A stretch of DNA of 64,000 nucleotides from Nostoc sp. (GTDB taxonomy: Bacteria; Cyanobacteriota; Cyanobacteriia; Cyanobacteriales; Nostocaceae), in the NCBI GenBank assembly GCA_036918135.1, contig JBALDB010000028.1:96001-160000 (forward strand). Reading direction: 5' to 3'. The notes under the pieces are model-generated. The model saw nothing but the letters and a program-made list of their open reading frames with translations. It was not told where the DNA came from and did not search any database. Positions within the stretch are counted from its first letter, which is position 1. Each line of letters opens with the position of its first letter. This document shows, one piece after another, positions 1 to 10,263 of this stretch. A program made the position numbers and the translations under genes.

Positions 1-1286
1 GCAACAATCTTTTTCTCAGTATCGCTCAATACGCGACTCTTCTTTTCTAAACCGGCGACTACCCGCTCAATTGCTTCAGCAAAGTCTTCTTGAGCAATGG
101 TTTGCCGTTGATTGCGAGCTGCCAACAATGCAGCTTCATTCACCAAATTTGCTAAATCTGCACCAGCAAAACCAGGAGTACGAGTTGCGATCGCCTTTAG
201 GTTTACATCATCTCCTAATTTCACCTTTTGAGCGTGAATCTTGAGAATTGCTTCCCGACCAGATAAATCGGGACGGTCTACCAACACTTGACGGTCAAAG
301 CGACCTGGACGCAGCAATGCAGGATCGAGGCTTTCTGGACGGTTGGTTGCTGCAAGAACAATCACCGTTGCATCCCCAGCCGCAAACCCATCCATTTCAG
401 TTAGTAACTGATTGAGGGTTTGTTCGCGTTCATCATTACCGCCGTAGAAGCCGTTACTGCTGCGAGATTTACCGATGGCGTCCAATTCATCAATAAATAC
501 AATACAGGGAGCCTGTTTCTTCGCCTGCTCAAATAAATCTCGTACCCTAGAAGAACCTACACCCACAAACAGTTCTACAAACTCGGAACCAGAGATACTG
601 AAGAATGGAACTCCTGCTTCCCCTGCTACAGCTTTCGCTAAAAGTGTCTTACCAGTACCCGGAGGGCCAACTAACAACACACCTTTGGGAATCCTCGCAC
701 CAATCTGCGTAAAACGTCCTGGTGTCTTGAGAAAATCTACAATTTCTACTAATTCAGTTTTAGCTTCTTCTACCCCAGCCACATCTTGGAAAGTAATTTT
801 AGCTGATTCACCTTCAACATAAACCTTTGCTTTACTTTTACCGATAGAGAGAACACCTTGAGAACCACCGCCACGGGAGAGAAAGAATTGCCAAACAGCA
901 ATAAAAATCAGTGGTGGGACGACCCAACTCAACAGGGTCGTAAACCAAGTATTCTTGGGTGGAGGTGTAGCTGCGAATTCAACTCCTTTTTGTTCTAGGA
1001 GTTTGGGCAATTCCAAATCAAAGATTGGTGTAGTTGCAAACACTTGACCTGGTTCGCCACTTTCTGTTTTTAGTTGATAAATAATCTGGCTTTGACCAAC
1101 GGAAACGCGGTTGACTTCCCCTTCCTGTACTTGATGAATAAATAAGCTATATGGAACGCCACTAGGATTAGAACCAAATAAACCAGGCAAAAATATATTT
1201 AAGAGCAGAAATAGCCCTGATATTGCCAGCAATATATTAGCAACAATCCGAAACCGAGGTAATTTAGGCTGTTCTTTAATTGCCAT
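1..1286 (-). CDS. ftsH: ATP-dependent zinc metalloprotease FtsH (5' part; continues beyond window start)
   Basis: Manual minus-strand translation from ATG at 1286 (MAIKEQPK...) gives two hydrophobic segments, TFQDVAG, Walker [38 protein letters not shown] and [10 protein letters not shown]. Absent from the ORF track because no stop lies in the window. Confidence 0.95.
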   Translation of the reverse strand, partial: MAIKEQPKLPRFRIVANILLAISGLFLLLNIFLPGLFGSNPSGVPYSLFIHQVQEGEVNRVSVGQSQIIYQLKTESGEPGQVFATTPIFDLELPKLLEQKGVEFAATPPPKNTWFTTLLSWVVPPLIFIAVWQFFLSRGGGSQGVLSIGKSKAKVYVEGESAKITFQDVAGVEEAKTELVEIVDFLKTPGRFTQIGARIPKGVLLVGPPGTGKTLLAKAVAGEAGVPFFSISGSEFVELFVGVGSSRVRDLFEQAKKQAPCIVFIDELDAIGKSRSSNGFYGGNDEREQTLNQLLTEMDGFAAGDATVIVLAATNRPESLDPALLRPGRFDRQVLVDRPDLSGREAILKIHAQKVKLGDDVNLKAIATRTPGFAGADLANLVNEAALLAARNQRQTIAQEDFAEAIERVVAGLEKKSRVLSDTEKKIV

Positions 1287-1480
1287 AGATGTTACCAATC
1301 CTGAGAATGAAAACTAATTTAAAAATCGGGTATAGAGCAAAGCAATTCTGAGTTTTGGGTAAACAAGTGAGTTATCTCATTTATTTACTGAAAACTTGCT
1401 TATCCCACTCGTCTCCCTTAACGGTTTGAGAAACTTGATTAAAGACTGTTCAAAAATACTGGCGTACTCGCCCAACTTAA

Positions 1481-1570
1481 GCAATGTCTACGATGGTCAC
1501 TGAGCTTGTCGTACCCCTACGGGGAAGCTACGCGCAGCGTCTCCTAGAGAAGTGCGGGCTACGCCTGTGC
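1481..1570. repeat. Nested small dispersed repeats (SDR-like)
   Basis: GCAATGTCTACGATGG...GGGCTACGCCTGTGC is split by GTACCCCTACGGGGAAGCTACGCGCAGCGTCTC. The uninterrupted outer unit is at 58884-58912; the inner unit recurs at ~24540 and ~39245. Confidence 0.75.
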
Positions 1571-1761
1571 AAAGTTGTTCAATCTGTCTTAATTGTCAAA
1601 GATGATACCGCTTTTCATAATTTCTCCCATACATCGATGTTTGCAGCTTTTTTTCATTTATGTAACTAAACTTAACAATTAAATTAACCTTTGGGAACTA
1701 ACGAGCAAATACGGTTTACCGTACTCGAAGAATTTAATACCGCTCGAAATCAGAGAACTTT

Positions 1762-1846
1762 GGGGAACTCCAAGAAATAAATTATCCCGTTTGAAGTTGA
1801 TGGCCGTTAACTGTCAACAGTGGAATATTTTTTTATTTGTCAGTCA
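1762..1846. repeat. Dispersed MITE-like repeat
   Basis: GGGAACTCCAAGAAATAAATTATCC nearly matches GGGAACTCCAAAAAATAAATTATTCC at ~41068; an imperfect inverted end GGAATATTTTTTTATTTG lies at ~1822. Confidence 0.5.
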
Positions 1847-2131
1847 TTTAGTGAAGAGAACGTTGTTAAAGAAGATGTAGTTGGGAGACATAAAAACAAA
1901 TCAGCGATCGCAAAATCCCAAATCTTCTTATCAAGTCTTGTATAGCAGCAAGTAAAACAAAAATGATACCTAATTAATTCCTACACAATTTTTTTGCCAG
2001 TTGATACTGGTTTTGGAGGAGCGATCGCATCGACTATAAATACTCAATTTGTCTTACACTTATTCAGAATCAAAAATGTTAGTCAGAAAAATTCATATTC
2101 TTAATATCTAACGTCCAAAATCAATATATTT

Positions 2132-2575
2132 CTATTCTCTAGCAATGACTATATCATTAGACTTAATAACTGCATAAGCTTCTTTTCCTTGAGCTAGTTC
2201 TAATTCTTCAGCGGAAGCTCTAGTGATAATCGAGGTTAATTCTACTTTGTGAATAATTTCGATAGTCACTTCACTATTAACAGCTCCGTAAACAACTCGT
2301 TTAATGACACCTTTAAGAATATTGCGAGAGCTAACTTTTAATGATTTTTTCGGAATGTTAGTTTCTATCTCAGGCTTTTGAGTGTAGATATCTTCGTGTT
2401 CTTCCTCATTAGTTGGTAGTGATATTGGTGCTGAAGAGTGCTGATTGAGACTACGCACGAGTTCTCGCAGAATCTCAGTTTTGGTACGTTGAGACTGTTC
2501 GCAGAATTCCTCCAGAATCTTCCGCTCCTCTTCTGAGGTTTGAAATGTGACCCATCCTTGTTCTTTTCTTGGCAT
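2132..2575 (-). CDS. Ribbon-helix-helix + TOBE (Mop) domain protein, putative molybdate-responsive regulator
   Basis: N-terminal CopG/RHH-like segment (WVTFQTSEEE...RTKTEILRELVRSL) and C-terminal TOBE signature (SSRNILKG...SIITRASAEELEL..GKEAYAVIKS). Confidence 0.85.
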   Translation of the reverse strand: MPRKEQGWVTFQTSEEERKILEEFCEQSQRTKTEILRELVRSLNQHSSAPISLPTNEEEHEDIYTQKPEIETNIPKKSLKVSSRNILKGVIKRVVYGAVNSEVTIEIIHKVELTSIITRASAEELELAQGKEAYAVIKSNDIVIARE

Positions 2576-3033
2576 AATGTTATCAATTTTGGTTATCTTA
2601 GTACGATTTTACCAAGTATCAATTCGATGTATCGTTTTAGTAATAACATTTTTTTTCGAGGAATTTCTGCATTTTCCTGGAAAATTCCTCAAATAATCTC
2701 ATACATTTAACTATATAGATATTTATTTTTTGTAGATGTAAAATAATTTGTTACTTGATAATGTATAACCATGATTATATCTATACCAACAAAAATGGTA
2801 ACAATGATACTTACTTCGCTGCTTTAGGTTTTAGCCAAAGTGAGCGCCTTTTTGGTGTGTGGGTAGTTTGATTTAAGTTTGATCTCTTAGCTTTTCCTCG
2901 CTTTTTAGGTGAAATATTCGATTTGGCAAGTGGTTTTAGGATTGAGATGTTACAGGGTAAGTCTGGCACAAAATTCGCCGAGCGATCGCACGAGTACCAT
3001 AGGATTAATTTCATGTGAGTTTATAAAAGGGTG

Positions 3034-3831
3034 ATGAAACACCTCAAATCGCGTTCTCAAGACCTGCGGGGTTTGTTTGAGAACAATATCACCATTGAAT
3101 ACGTGGCAGAACCCCTCAAAGCTATGCCAGGTAATGCACAGGTGACAGAAGTGCTGTATTGGATGGAGGCACAAAATTTTGATGTCGTCGGTGTTGAAAC
3201 CGAAGATACTATTAGCGGTTATGTAGAACGCTCTAGTTTGATTAAAGGTAAATCTGGTAAATGTAGCGACTATCAACAAGTATTTCATCCCAAAGAACTA
3301 ATTGCCATTTCCACCCCACTGATGAAGTTGCTACCAATTTTGCAACAAACTCCCCGGTTGTTTGTTCTCGACTGCAATCAAGTGAGTGGAATTGTTACCT
3401 GCGGCGACTTGCAGAAAGCACCCGCACGAATGCTACTGTTTGGCTTGGTAACGCTGCTGGAAATGAATCTCCTGCGGTTAGTGCGGCTTTACTATCCTCA
3501 AGATTCTTGGCAGCAAGTCCTGAAAAAAGAGCGCTTAGAAGTTGCTCAACGGCTATGGCGAGAAAGCCAGGAAAGAAACGAAGCTACCGATTTGCTAGAT
3601 TATCTGCAATTCTGCGATAAGCGAGAGTTGGTTTTAAATCAACCAGAACTTCTCAAGCAATTGGGACTGAAATCTAAACGGTTTGGCGAGCGCTTTCTCA
3701 AGTCTGCTGAACAGTTACGAAACCGATTAGCTCATGCCCAAAATTTAGTTACTGGTTCCTCTTGGACAGAGTTGATTTCTCTAGCAGAGGCGATGGAAAT
3801 GCTGTTAATTCGCTGTGAGGAAGTTGAGTAA
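3034..3831 (+). CDS. CBS-pair protein with C-terminal HEPN-like domain
   Basis: Two CBS-like repeats (ISGYVERSSL; VSGIVTCGDL) followed by a helical domain with LLEMNL and RNRLAH (Rx4H). Confidence 0.65.
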   Translation: MKHLKSRSQDLRGLFENNITIEYVAEPLKAMPGNAQVTEVLYWMEAQNFDVVGVETEDTISGYVERSSLIKGKSGKCSDYQQVFHPKELIAISTPLMKLLPILQQTPRLFVLDCNQVSGIVTCGDLQKAPARMLLFGLVTLLEMNLLRLVRLYYPQDSWQQVLKKERLEVAQRLWRESQERNEATDLLDYLQFCDKRELVLNQPELLKQLGLKSKRFGERFLKSAEQLRNRLAHAQNLVTGSSWTELISLAEAMEMLLIRCEEVE

Positions 3832-4372
3832 AGTTTATTGATGGTTGTGCAACCAGCCTGCTAAATCTGCTGCTTTCAATCATATCTACCTGAGCAGCAA
3901 CTTGCTCCAACAACGATTCAGGGGAATCTGTTCGTGCTAGAACTGCTAAAGGTAGAAGACCAACAGATGCTAACAACGGAGCGGGGTCTTGCTCCCAAAT
4001 CCGAATTGCTCGGAAGCGATGAACTGTATTCGTGTCGGTAAATTGTTCGATAAATACTGCGTCTGAGGTGGTTTCTTTAAGGTAGATGACAACCTGTTGA
4101 ATGGGATAGAAACTGTATTGCCTACGTAGTCTTGCGTAGTAGTCTAGCATCTGAATCGGCATCGGCGGGATAGAGGCGGGTGCAACTTGGAACTCTAGAT
4201 GGAGAACTTGCTGTTGAGGTAAAAGCAGAATAATACAGTCTGCTCTAACTGGCTCAACGCTCAACTCAGTTTTGAGGTCTTTAACGTCTGCTGGAGTTTT
4301 ACCTAATAACCAGGTGGCAAAGCTTTCGGGATATTGTTCTGAAAGATAGCGGCAAACGTTATCAATGGACAT
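3749..4372 (-). pseudogene. Rpn-family (PD-(D/E)XK) putative transposase/nuclease, C-terminally truncated
   Basis: Typical Rpn motifs DN.C.YL, TELSVEPVRAD, LHLEFQ, MLDY, GLLPLAVLA. Similarity ends near 3875 and the tail runs antisense into the neighbouring gene. Confidence 0.7.
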
Positions 4373-4432
4373 TGAGGTTAGGTAAAAGCACTAACTAATA
4401 AAAATTACAAATATCTATAAGATAAATCAGCT

Positions 4433-4987
4433 TTAGTGCGGCTTATTGAGGGAATCACTCATCTGAGTACCTGTATAGTTAGGAACCCATCCTTCTACAT
4501 TTAGAAAATAGCGTACTGCCTTAAAATTTAACGATGCATTTGGGCTGCACCAATGCTCAACACCTGCGGGGATGTAGAGATAGTCTTGTGGCTGAATTAA
4601 AAGCTGTACTTGGCTGCCATCAGGTCGCACAAAGCCATAGATCGTTTCTCCTGCCAACACATAGAGGGGTTCAGGGGCAGTGTGAGTATGGTAACGACTG
4701 TAGGTTGCTATCAAGTGGTGAAGATTGGGGGAACCTGGATGTAAATTCAGCAAGTCACACCAGAGAGCTTCATTTTCTTGCTGGATAAATTCAAAGACGC
4801 TGTTATGGAGTTCTATGATATAAAGTTTTTCTGACTCTGTTAAAAGCTCCTGATTTAACAGGTTTGGGAAAAGCAGCGATGTTCCTGGGTCGTAATGTCT
4901 AAGTTGAATGCCAAGAGGGGCAAGTTCACGAGCTATTTCACCTAAATCACTCTCAATTGTACCGTCATCAAGTAGTAGGTTGGCCAT
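4433..4987 (-). CDS. mtnD: Acireductone dioxygenase-like cupin (ARD/MtnD family)
   Basis: Metal-ligand pattern HTHTAPE...IPAGVEHW, then AVRYF and GWVPNYTG. Confidence 0.75.
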   Translation of the reverse strand: MANLLLDDGTIESDLGEIARELAPLGIQLRHYDPGTSLLFPNLLNQELLTESEKLYIIELHNSVFEFIQQENEALWCDLLNLHPGSPNLHHLIATYSRYHTHTAPEPLYVLAGETIYGFVRPDGSQVQLLIQPQDYLYIPAGVEHWCSPNASLNFKAVRYFLNVEGWVPNYTGTQMSDSLNKPH

Positions 4988-5232
4988 GACAAAAAGACTA
5001 ATTAACTGTTAACAAGAGTATACTCAACTTTGAAATCAAAAGCCACTATTACCGATTGACAAACCGGAGATTTAGGAATTGGGTATTAGCTAGTGAGAAA
5101 GTATTGTGAGATATTTATTTCCTAATCCCCAATCCCCAATCCTCCATTCACAGAATAAATTTATCAGCAGAATGATGCTGATTAGTACCGTTAGCATCTA
5201 AGCTAGTACGGGTGAACTATGTTGAGTATGGA

Positions 5233-6678
5233 ATGTCTGACTTAATTTTGTTTTGGCATCGTCGTGATTTACGTATTTCTGATAATACAGGACTGGCAGC
5301 GGCACGGCAGCAGAGTCCGAAAGTGGTGGGCGTATTTTGCCTCGACCCGTGTATTCTGGAACGAGATGATGTTGCCCCGGCGAGGGTAACTTATATGATT
5401 GGCTGTTTGGAGAAATTACAACAGCGATATGCCGAAGTTGGCAGCCAGTTGTTAATACTTCACGCTAATCCTGTGCAAGAAATACCAGCTTTAGCTGAGG
5501 CGTTATCAGCAAAAGCTGTTTTTTGGAATTGGGATGTAGAACCTTATTCCCAAGAACGCGATCGCACCATTATAAATGCCCTCAAAGAAAAAAGTATTCA
5601 GTTTCTTAGCCAAAACTGGGATCAAATCCTCCACTCCCCTGAAGAAATACGGACGGGTAGCAATCAACGTTATACAGTTTATACACCGTTTTGGAAAAAT
5701 TGGATTAGCAAACCGAAGAGTCAACCAGTAGAAACTCTGCAAAATGCCCAAGGGTTAACAAAAGCTGAAGAGAAAACGGCAAAACTTGCAGGAGCATTAG
5801 CATTACCTTCAGCAAAAGATTTAGGATTTATTTGGGATGGAGAATTGATTCTTTCACCCGGAGAAGCAGCAGCACAAGAACGGCTAGAGGAATTTACTAC
5901 TCAAGCGATTACTGAATATCAAGAACAGCGCAATTTTCCTGCAGTTGAGGGAACATCGCAATTGAGTGCAGCTTTGAAATTTGGTGTAATTGGTATTCGC
6001 ACCGTTTGGCAAGCCATAACACAAGCACAAGAAAACAGCCGCAGTGAGGAAGTAACAGCCAGTATCCGCACATGGCAACAAGAACTAGCTTGGCGCGAGT
6101 TTTATCAACACGCAATGTATAACTTCCCTGAATTGGCTAACGGTGCTTTCCGCGACACCTTCAAAAACTTTCCTTGGGAAACTAACGAAGAACATTTTCA
6201 AGCTTGGTGCGAAGGAAGAACAGGCTACCCCATCGTGGATGCAGCAATGCGCCAGTTGAATGAAAGCGGCTGGATGCACAACCGTTGTCGGATGATTGTC
6301 GCTAGTTTTCTGACCAAAGACTTGCTAATTAATCCGCAATTAGGAGAAAAATACTTTATGCAGAAGCTGATTGACGGTGATTTATCTGCTAATAATGGTG
6401 GTTGGCAATGGAGTGCTTCTAGTGGGATGGACCCCAAACCCGTGCGAATATTCAACCCAGCTAGTCAAGCACAAAAATTCGATCCAGATGCAGAATATAT
6501 TCGCCAATGGGTGTCAGAATTGCGGTCTGTAGATACAGAATATTTAGTTACTGGTAAAATTCCATCTTCAGAACGCGATGCTGTGGGTTATCCAGAACCG
6601 ATTGTAAATCATAAAATACAGCAACAGCACTTTAAAATGCGTTATCAACAACAAAAAACCGTCAGTAGTCCCCAGTAA
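5233..6678 (+). CDS. phrA: Deoxyribodipyrimidine (CPD) photolyase
   Basis: [67 protein letters not shown] at 5233 preferred over GTG at 5212. Confidence 0.95.
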   Translation: MSDLILFWHRRDLRISDNTGLAAARQQSPKVVGVFCLDPCILERDDVAPARVTYMIGCLEKLQQRYAEVGSQLLILHANPVQEIPALAEALSAKAVFWNWDVEPYSQERDRTIINALKEKSIQFLSQNWDQILHSPEEIRTGSNQRYTVYTPFWKNWISKPKSQPVETLQNAQGLTKAEEKTAKLAGALALPSAKDLGFIWDGELILSPGEAAAQERLEEFTTQAITEYQEQRNFPAVEGTSQLSAALKFGVIGIRTVWQAITQAQENSRSEEVTASIRTWQQELAWREFYQHAMYNFPELANGAFRDTFKNFPWETNEEHFQAWCEGRTGYPIVDAAMRQLNESGWMHNRCRMIVASFLTKDLLINPQLGEKYFMQKLIDGDLSANNGGWQWSASSGMDPKPVRIFNPASQAQKFDPDAEYIRQWVSELRSVDTEYLVTGKIPSSERDAVGYPEPIVNHKIQQQHFKMRYQQQKTVSSPQ

Positions 6679-6941
6679 TCGAAGTTCTGAGCGCCAGAAG
6701 CCTTGAAGCGTTCTCAAAGAGTAGCTGCACCGTTTATTATGGGCAATTCAGCGGATATGATATTATCCTATAATTCACTGAGAACCGGGCTTCACCAAGA
6801 TTGCAGTCGTTGATTTTGGATGCTTGACCGCAAATGCGCTGATACTTTAATGTCCCTTGTTCATAAATTCCGCAAAAACACCGTTACGGTAATCTGTACT
6901 TCCGATCAAAACTGAGAGCATCCAGTTTTTAGGGTTTATTT

Positions 6942-7187
6942 ATGACCAGCCCTGTAACAACAGTTATCCAAGTCAATCTGAAGATGGCTCTAGAGGTAGC
7001 TCAAGAATTGGAGCAAGCTCCATACACTAAACTCAGTGCTTACTGTTTAGAAATTTTGCGGGAAATAGGATGTCCTGGTACCGAACTCCCAGATAGCTTA
7101 CAAACTCGCGACCAGCAGCTAAATTTCATCACTGGCTTTGCATCTTATGCTTTTGGGGAGGTACAAAATGTCCAAAACATTAATTGA
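6942..7187 (+). CDS. Small hypothetical protein
   Basis: 81-aa ATG ORF with protein-like composition; its end overlaps the start of the next ORF. Confidence 0.55.
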   Translation: MTSPVTTVIQVNLKMALEVAQELEQAPYTKLSAYCLEILREIGCPGTELPDSLQTRDQQLNFITGFASYAFGEVQNVQNIN

Positions 7188-7449
7188 AGATATCTTTAAT
7201 GATTCAGAAGAGGCACAAGAAATTACTTTTCCTGCCACAGACCATGACTTATTAATTTTAACAGAAAAATTTTTAGGGTTTGAAATTCCCTCAAAGATTT
7301 TCTTGCAAGCTATAGCCATTGCTGCTTACGACTGTGCATCTGCTTTTCGCTATGTTGATAATTATTTGGTTACCCTCAAGAATAAGAATAAACGTAAGCA
7401 GAAAAATTTAGTTGTGTTCAAGTCTGCGGCTAATTTTGAAAATAATTGA
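7168..7449 (+). CDS. Small hypothetical protein with acidic N-terminus and basic C-terminus
   Basis: ATG at 7168 preceded by a strong Shine-Dalgarno (GGGGAGGT); overlaps the upstream ORF end. Confidence 0.55.
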   Translation: MSKTLIEDIFNDSEEAQEITFPATDHDLLILTEKFLGFEIPSKIFLQAIAIAAYDCASAFRYVDNYLVTLKNKNKRKQKNLVVFKSAANFENN

Positions 7450-7707
7450 GTCAGATTTTCATAAAGTGATACCATTTTGGATTTGAGATTTTGGATTGTG
7501 TTCGGGGTGCATCTCCTAGAGAATGAGTTAGTCAGTAGATTTTTGGAAACTCCATCTATTGCAATCATGATTCAAATTGGTATAACTAAAACCTAATACT
7601 GTTTAGATAAGATAATTTGCATAAGCAATGACTTTTATAGAGACCTTGTATTACAAAGTCTCTACATATATTTGTTTTAATAATTCAGAATTTCAAACAA
7701 TTACAAA

Positions 7708-8922
7708 TTACCCAAGACAAACTTGTTCATAGCTTTTACCAGCGATATCCCAAGTAAATTCTGTTTCTACTAGTTGTCTGCCATTATGAGACAATTGCGA
7801 TCGCAACTCTCGATTATCGAATAATTTACTAATTGCGGTGACGTACTCCCCAGGTTCATTGGCTCGTAATGCACGTAGTGATTCGTTTATACCGTCTACA
7901 GCTAATCCTTCTAAACCGCGATCGCTTCCGACTATCGGTACACCAGCTGCCATTGCCTCTAGAGTCTTATTTTTAATGCCAAACCCAGTCCGCATAGGTA
8001 CAACGCAGATGGTTGCTTGATGTAAATATTCTACCATTGAAGGTACACGTCCAGTGACATTAATTCCTGGTTTTTTATCAAGTACTAAAACTTCTGGTGC
8101 AGGATGAGAACCGACAATATCGAAAGTTGTATCAGGATAATTTTTTTGGATTTCTGGCAATACTTCCTTGCTGAAAAAGCAGACAGCATCAATATTCGCT
8201 AAATTATCCATTGCACCAATAAAAATTAAACGATGTCCTCCGGGATCGCTGGGACGACAGGGGAAAGAAACTAAATCTACGCCATTAGGGATAACTGTAA
8301 TTTTACTGTTGGGATTAAATTGTTGTATTTGAAGTTTATCTTCTGGAGTTGTGACAACAATTTCCGAGAATTTAGTACAGTAAATTTGTTCATAACGACG
8401 CAAAAGTGGCAGATTAATTTTGTCTCTGATTGCATTTTCTGAAATACCTGTTGCTAGTTGGTTACGACAAGTAGCGTAAACAGAACTATGAACATTAACT
8501 ATGGTTTTTAGCTGTTTCTGGAAATATGGTTGCAGATAAATTTCATTGACGCTATGTTCGCAGGTAATAACATCACATTTTTTTGCTTCTACCCAGTTAT
8601 TAACCCAGGTTTGCATCTCTAGTGAATAGCGATTGAGTACGCTAGGCGGTGTACCTTGTAACAAAAATGTACCAAAGCGCTGCATCTTCTTCAAAATTCC
8701 GGCTGTGGTTGGAGAATCTGGCGGGCGCTCAAAAACTACCAATTGGTCTACGCGTTCGCGTAATCCTACTAATTCTGCGTCAGTAACATCACTTTCGCGT
8801 TGAGTAACAAGAGTCACGTTATGATGTTGGCTCAAGTACTTAAGTAAATTAAATGTCCTGACTTGGGTTCCTCCCCTTGTTGGTGGGTAGGGAAAGGTGG
8901 AAGATAGCATTAAGATATTCAT
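7708..8922 (-). CDS. Glycosyltransferase family 4
   Basis: FPYPPTRGG, VIPNGVD, FIGAMD, GIKNKTLEAMAAGVPIV (GT-B signature). Confidence 0.92.
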   Translation of the reverse strand: MNILMLSSTFPYPPTRGGTQVRTFNLLKYLSQHHNVTLVTQRESDVTDAELVGLRERVDQLVVFERPPDSPTTAGILKKMQRFGTFLLQGTPPSVLNRYSLEMQTWVNNWVEAKKCDVITCEHSVNEIYLQPYFQKQLKTIVNVHSSVYATCRNQLATGISENAIRDKINLPLLRRYEQIYCTKFSEIVVTTPEDKLQIQQFNPNSKITVIPNGVDLVSFPCRPSDPGGHRLIFIGAMDNLANIDAVCFFSKEVLPEIQKNYPDTTFDIVGSHPAPEVLVLDKKPGINVTGRVPSMVEYLHQATICVVPMRTGFGIKNKTLEAMAAGVPIVGSDRGLEGLAVDGINESLRALRANEPGEYVTAISKLFDNRELRSQLSHNGRQLVETEFTWDIAGKSYEQVCLG

Positions 8923-9193
8923 ACAAAGAATAAATCAAATGTGATACACACACCATGACCTGATTCATGACTGTATGTCATCATAAGTATCCCTTAATAT
9001 ATTATTTGTAAAATTTTCATAAGTTAAAGCAAACAAAAAGCTAGTTACCCATTGACAGAGCGCAATGGTAAATTTACTGTATAGTTCCACCTCACCTGTT
9101 GTTTTTACAGTCAAGTGTAAGTCAGTATGTAACTGTCATTGACAAAGTACTAGGCAAACAAACTAGTTTATAAGTTAAGTAGGATTCAGCAAA

Positions 9194-10213
9194 ATGAAAT
9201 CATTTGGTATTTATACACTTGCCAATGATGCTGTATATGACCAATTAGTTGCTTTGCTAAACAGCATTGAGGTAAATGTTGGAGAAGATATTCCTGTTTG
9301 TGTGATTCCTTATAATCAGCAATTAGACCTGGTTAAGCAGGAAATAAAATCTAGAAATAATGTCACACTTTTTGAAGATTGGGAAGCAATTCATCGCTGG
9401 GATAATTTTGTTAATCAGCTTTGGGATACTCATCCAAGGGCAAATCAATCTAAATTGAATCGTCCAGGATGGTACAAAGGTTTTGTACACCGAAAATTTG
9501 CTTCTTTTAATGGTGATTTTGATAGATTTGTGTTTTATGATGCTGATAGTTTAGCCATGAAACCAATAGATGATATTTTTAAAAAATTAGATACTTACGA
9601 TTTAATATTTAACGATTGGGAACATGCTAAACCTAGAGAAAAAACACAATTAAATCTTGATGTACTTGAGAAAGTAATGCAGCTAACAGAAGCTGATTTG
9701 CGTTTGAAAATCCATTGCGATAGTTTTTTTGGCTCAAAGCGGTTACTTTTCGGCGGCAAAGATTTAGATATTATCAAAGAAAGATGGATTGAAAAACGTG
9801 AATTTGAATGGATTCGTGAAGGTTCGTGGTGGTCTAGTTCTGGTATATTCGGTTATATAACTTTATACGGCGATCCGCGAATATTTAACTTTACCCTCAG
9901 TCCAAATGCTGAAGATAGAACGGGTAACTGTGCTAATGCAGATCCATTTGCGAATATCAATAATGTTCTTTACAATCAAGATGGCTTAAAACCAATTCAT
10001 CGCATTCATTATATGAGCTATTCTTCTATTGATTTTGTCCGTTTATGTCAAGGAGAAGATGTGAGTATTAATTATAGAGATGAGTTTTTATATTATCGAT
10101 TTCTCAAAGAGCCAGAACAAAAACCAAAAAAGTTGAAAGTTCCTACTGTGATGTCGCAAATGAATCGTTTTCTCAAAAAATCTGGTAAGAAACTTAAAAG
10201 AATTATCTCTTAA
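9194..10213 (+). CDS. Npun_R2821/R2822-like nucleotide-diphospho-sugar transferase (GT-A fold)
   Basis: GIYTLAND.VYDQLVALLNSIE N-terminus, DxD motif FYDADSL, and IHYM. Confidence 0.75.
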   Translation: MKSFGIYTLANDAVYDQLVALLNSIEVNVGEDIPVCVIPYNQQLDLVKQEIKSRNNVTLFEDWEAIHRWDNFVNQLWDTHPRANQSKLNRPGWYKGFVHRKFASFNGDFDRFVFYDADSLAMKPIDDIFKKLDTYDLIFNDWEHAKPREKTQLNLDVLEKVMQLTEADLRLKIHCDSFFGSKRLLFGGKDLDIIKERWIEKREFEWIREGSWWSSSGIFGYITLYGDPRIFNFTLSPNAEDRTGNCANADPFANINNVLYNQDGLKPIHRIHYMSYSSIDFVRLCQGEDVSINYRDEFLYYRFLKEPEQKPKKLKVPTVMSQMNRFLKKSGKKLKRIIS

Positions 10214-10263
10214 AAAAGAATTCAGAAATTTAGAGGATAAACGTACTGTCAGATTATCAAAAT

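Noticed and set aside
475..822. 115-aa plus-strand ORF
   Set aside because: Antisense shadow of the FtsH AAA domain.
1484..1669. 61-aa ORF (and similar ORFs at 24450-24713, 40750-41003 and 62435-62653)
   Set aside because: Made largely of dispersed-repeat DNA with no protein motifs.
2797..2810. NtcA site (GTAACAATGATAC; similar GTAGTGCAAATAC near 26728)
   Set aside because: Spacing is GTA-N7-TAC rather than the required N8.
2811..3014. Basic 67-aa minus-strand ORF
   Set aside because: No recognisable motif or ribosome-binding site; cannot be supported, although a small peptide is not excluded.
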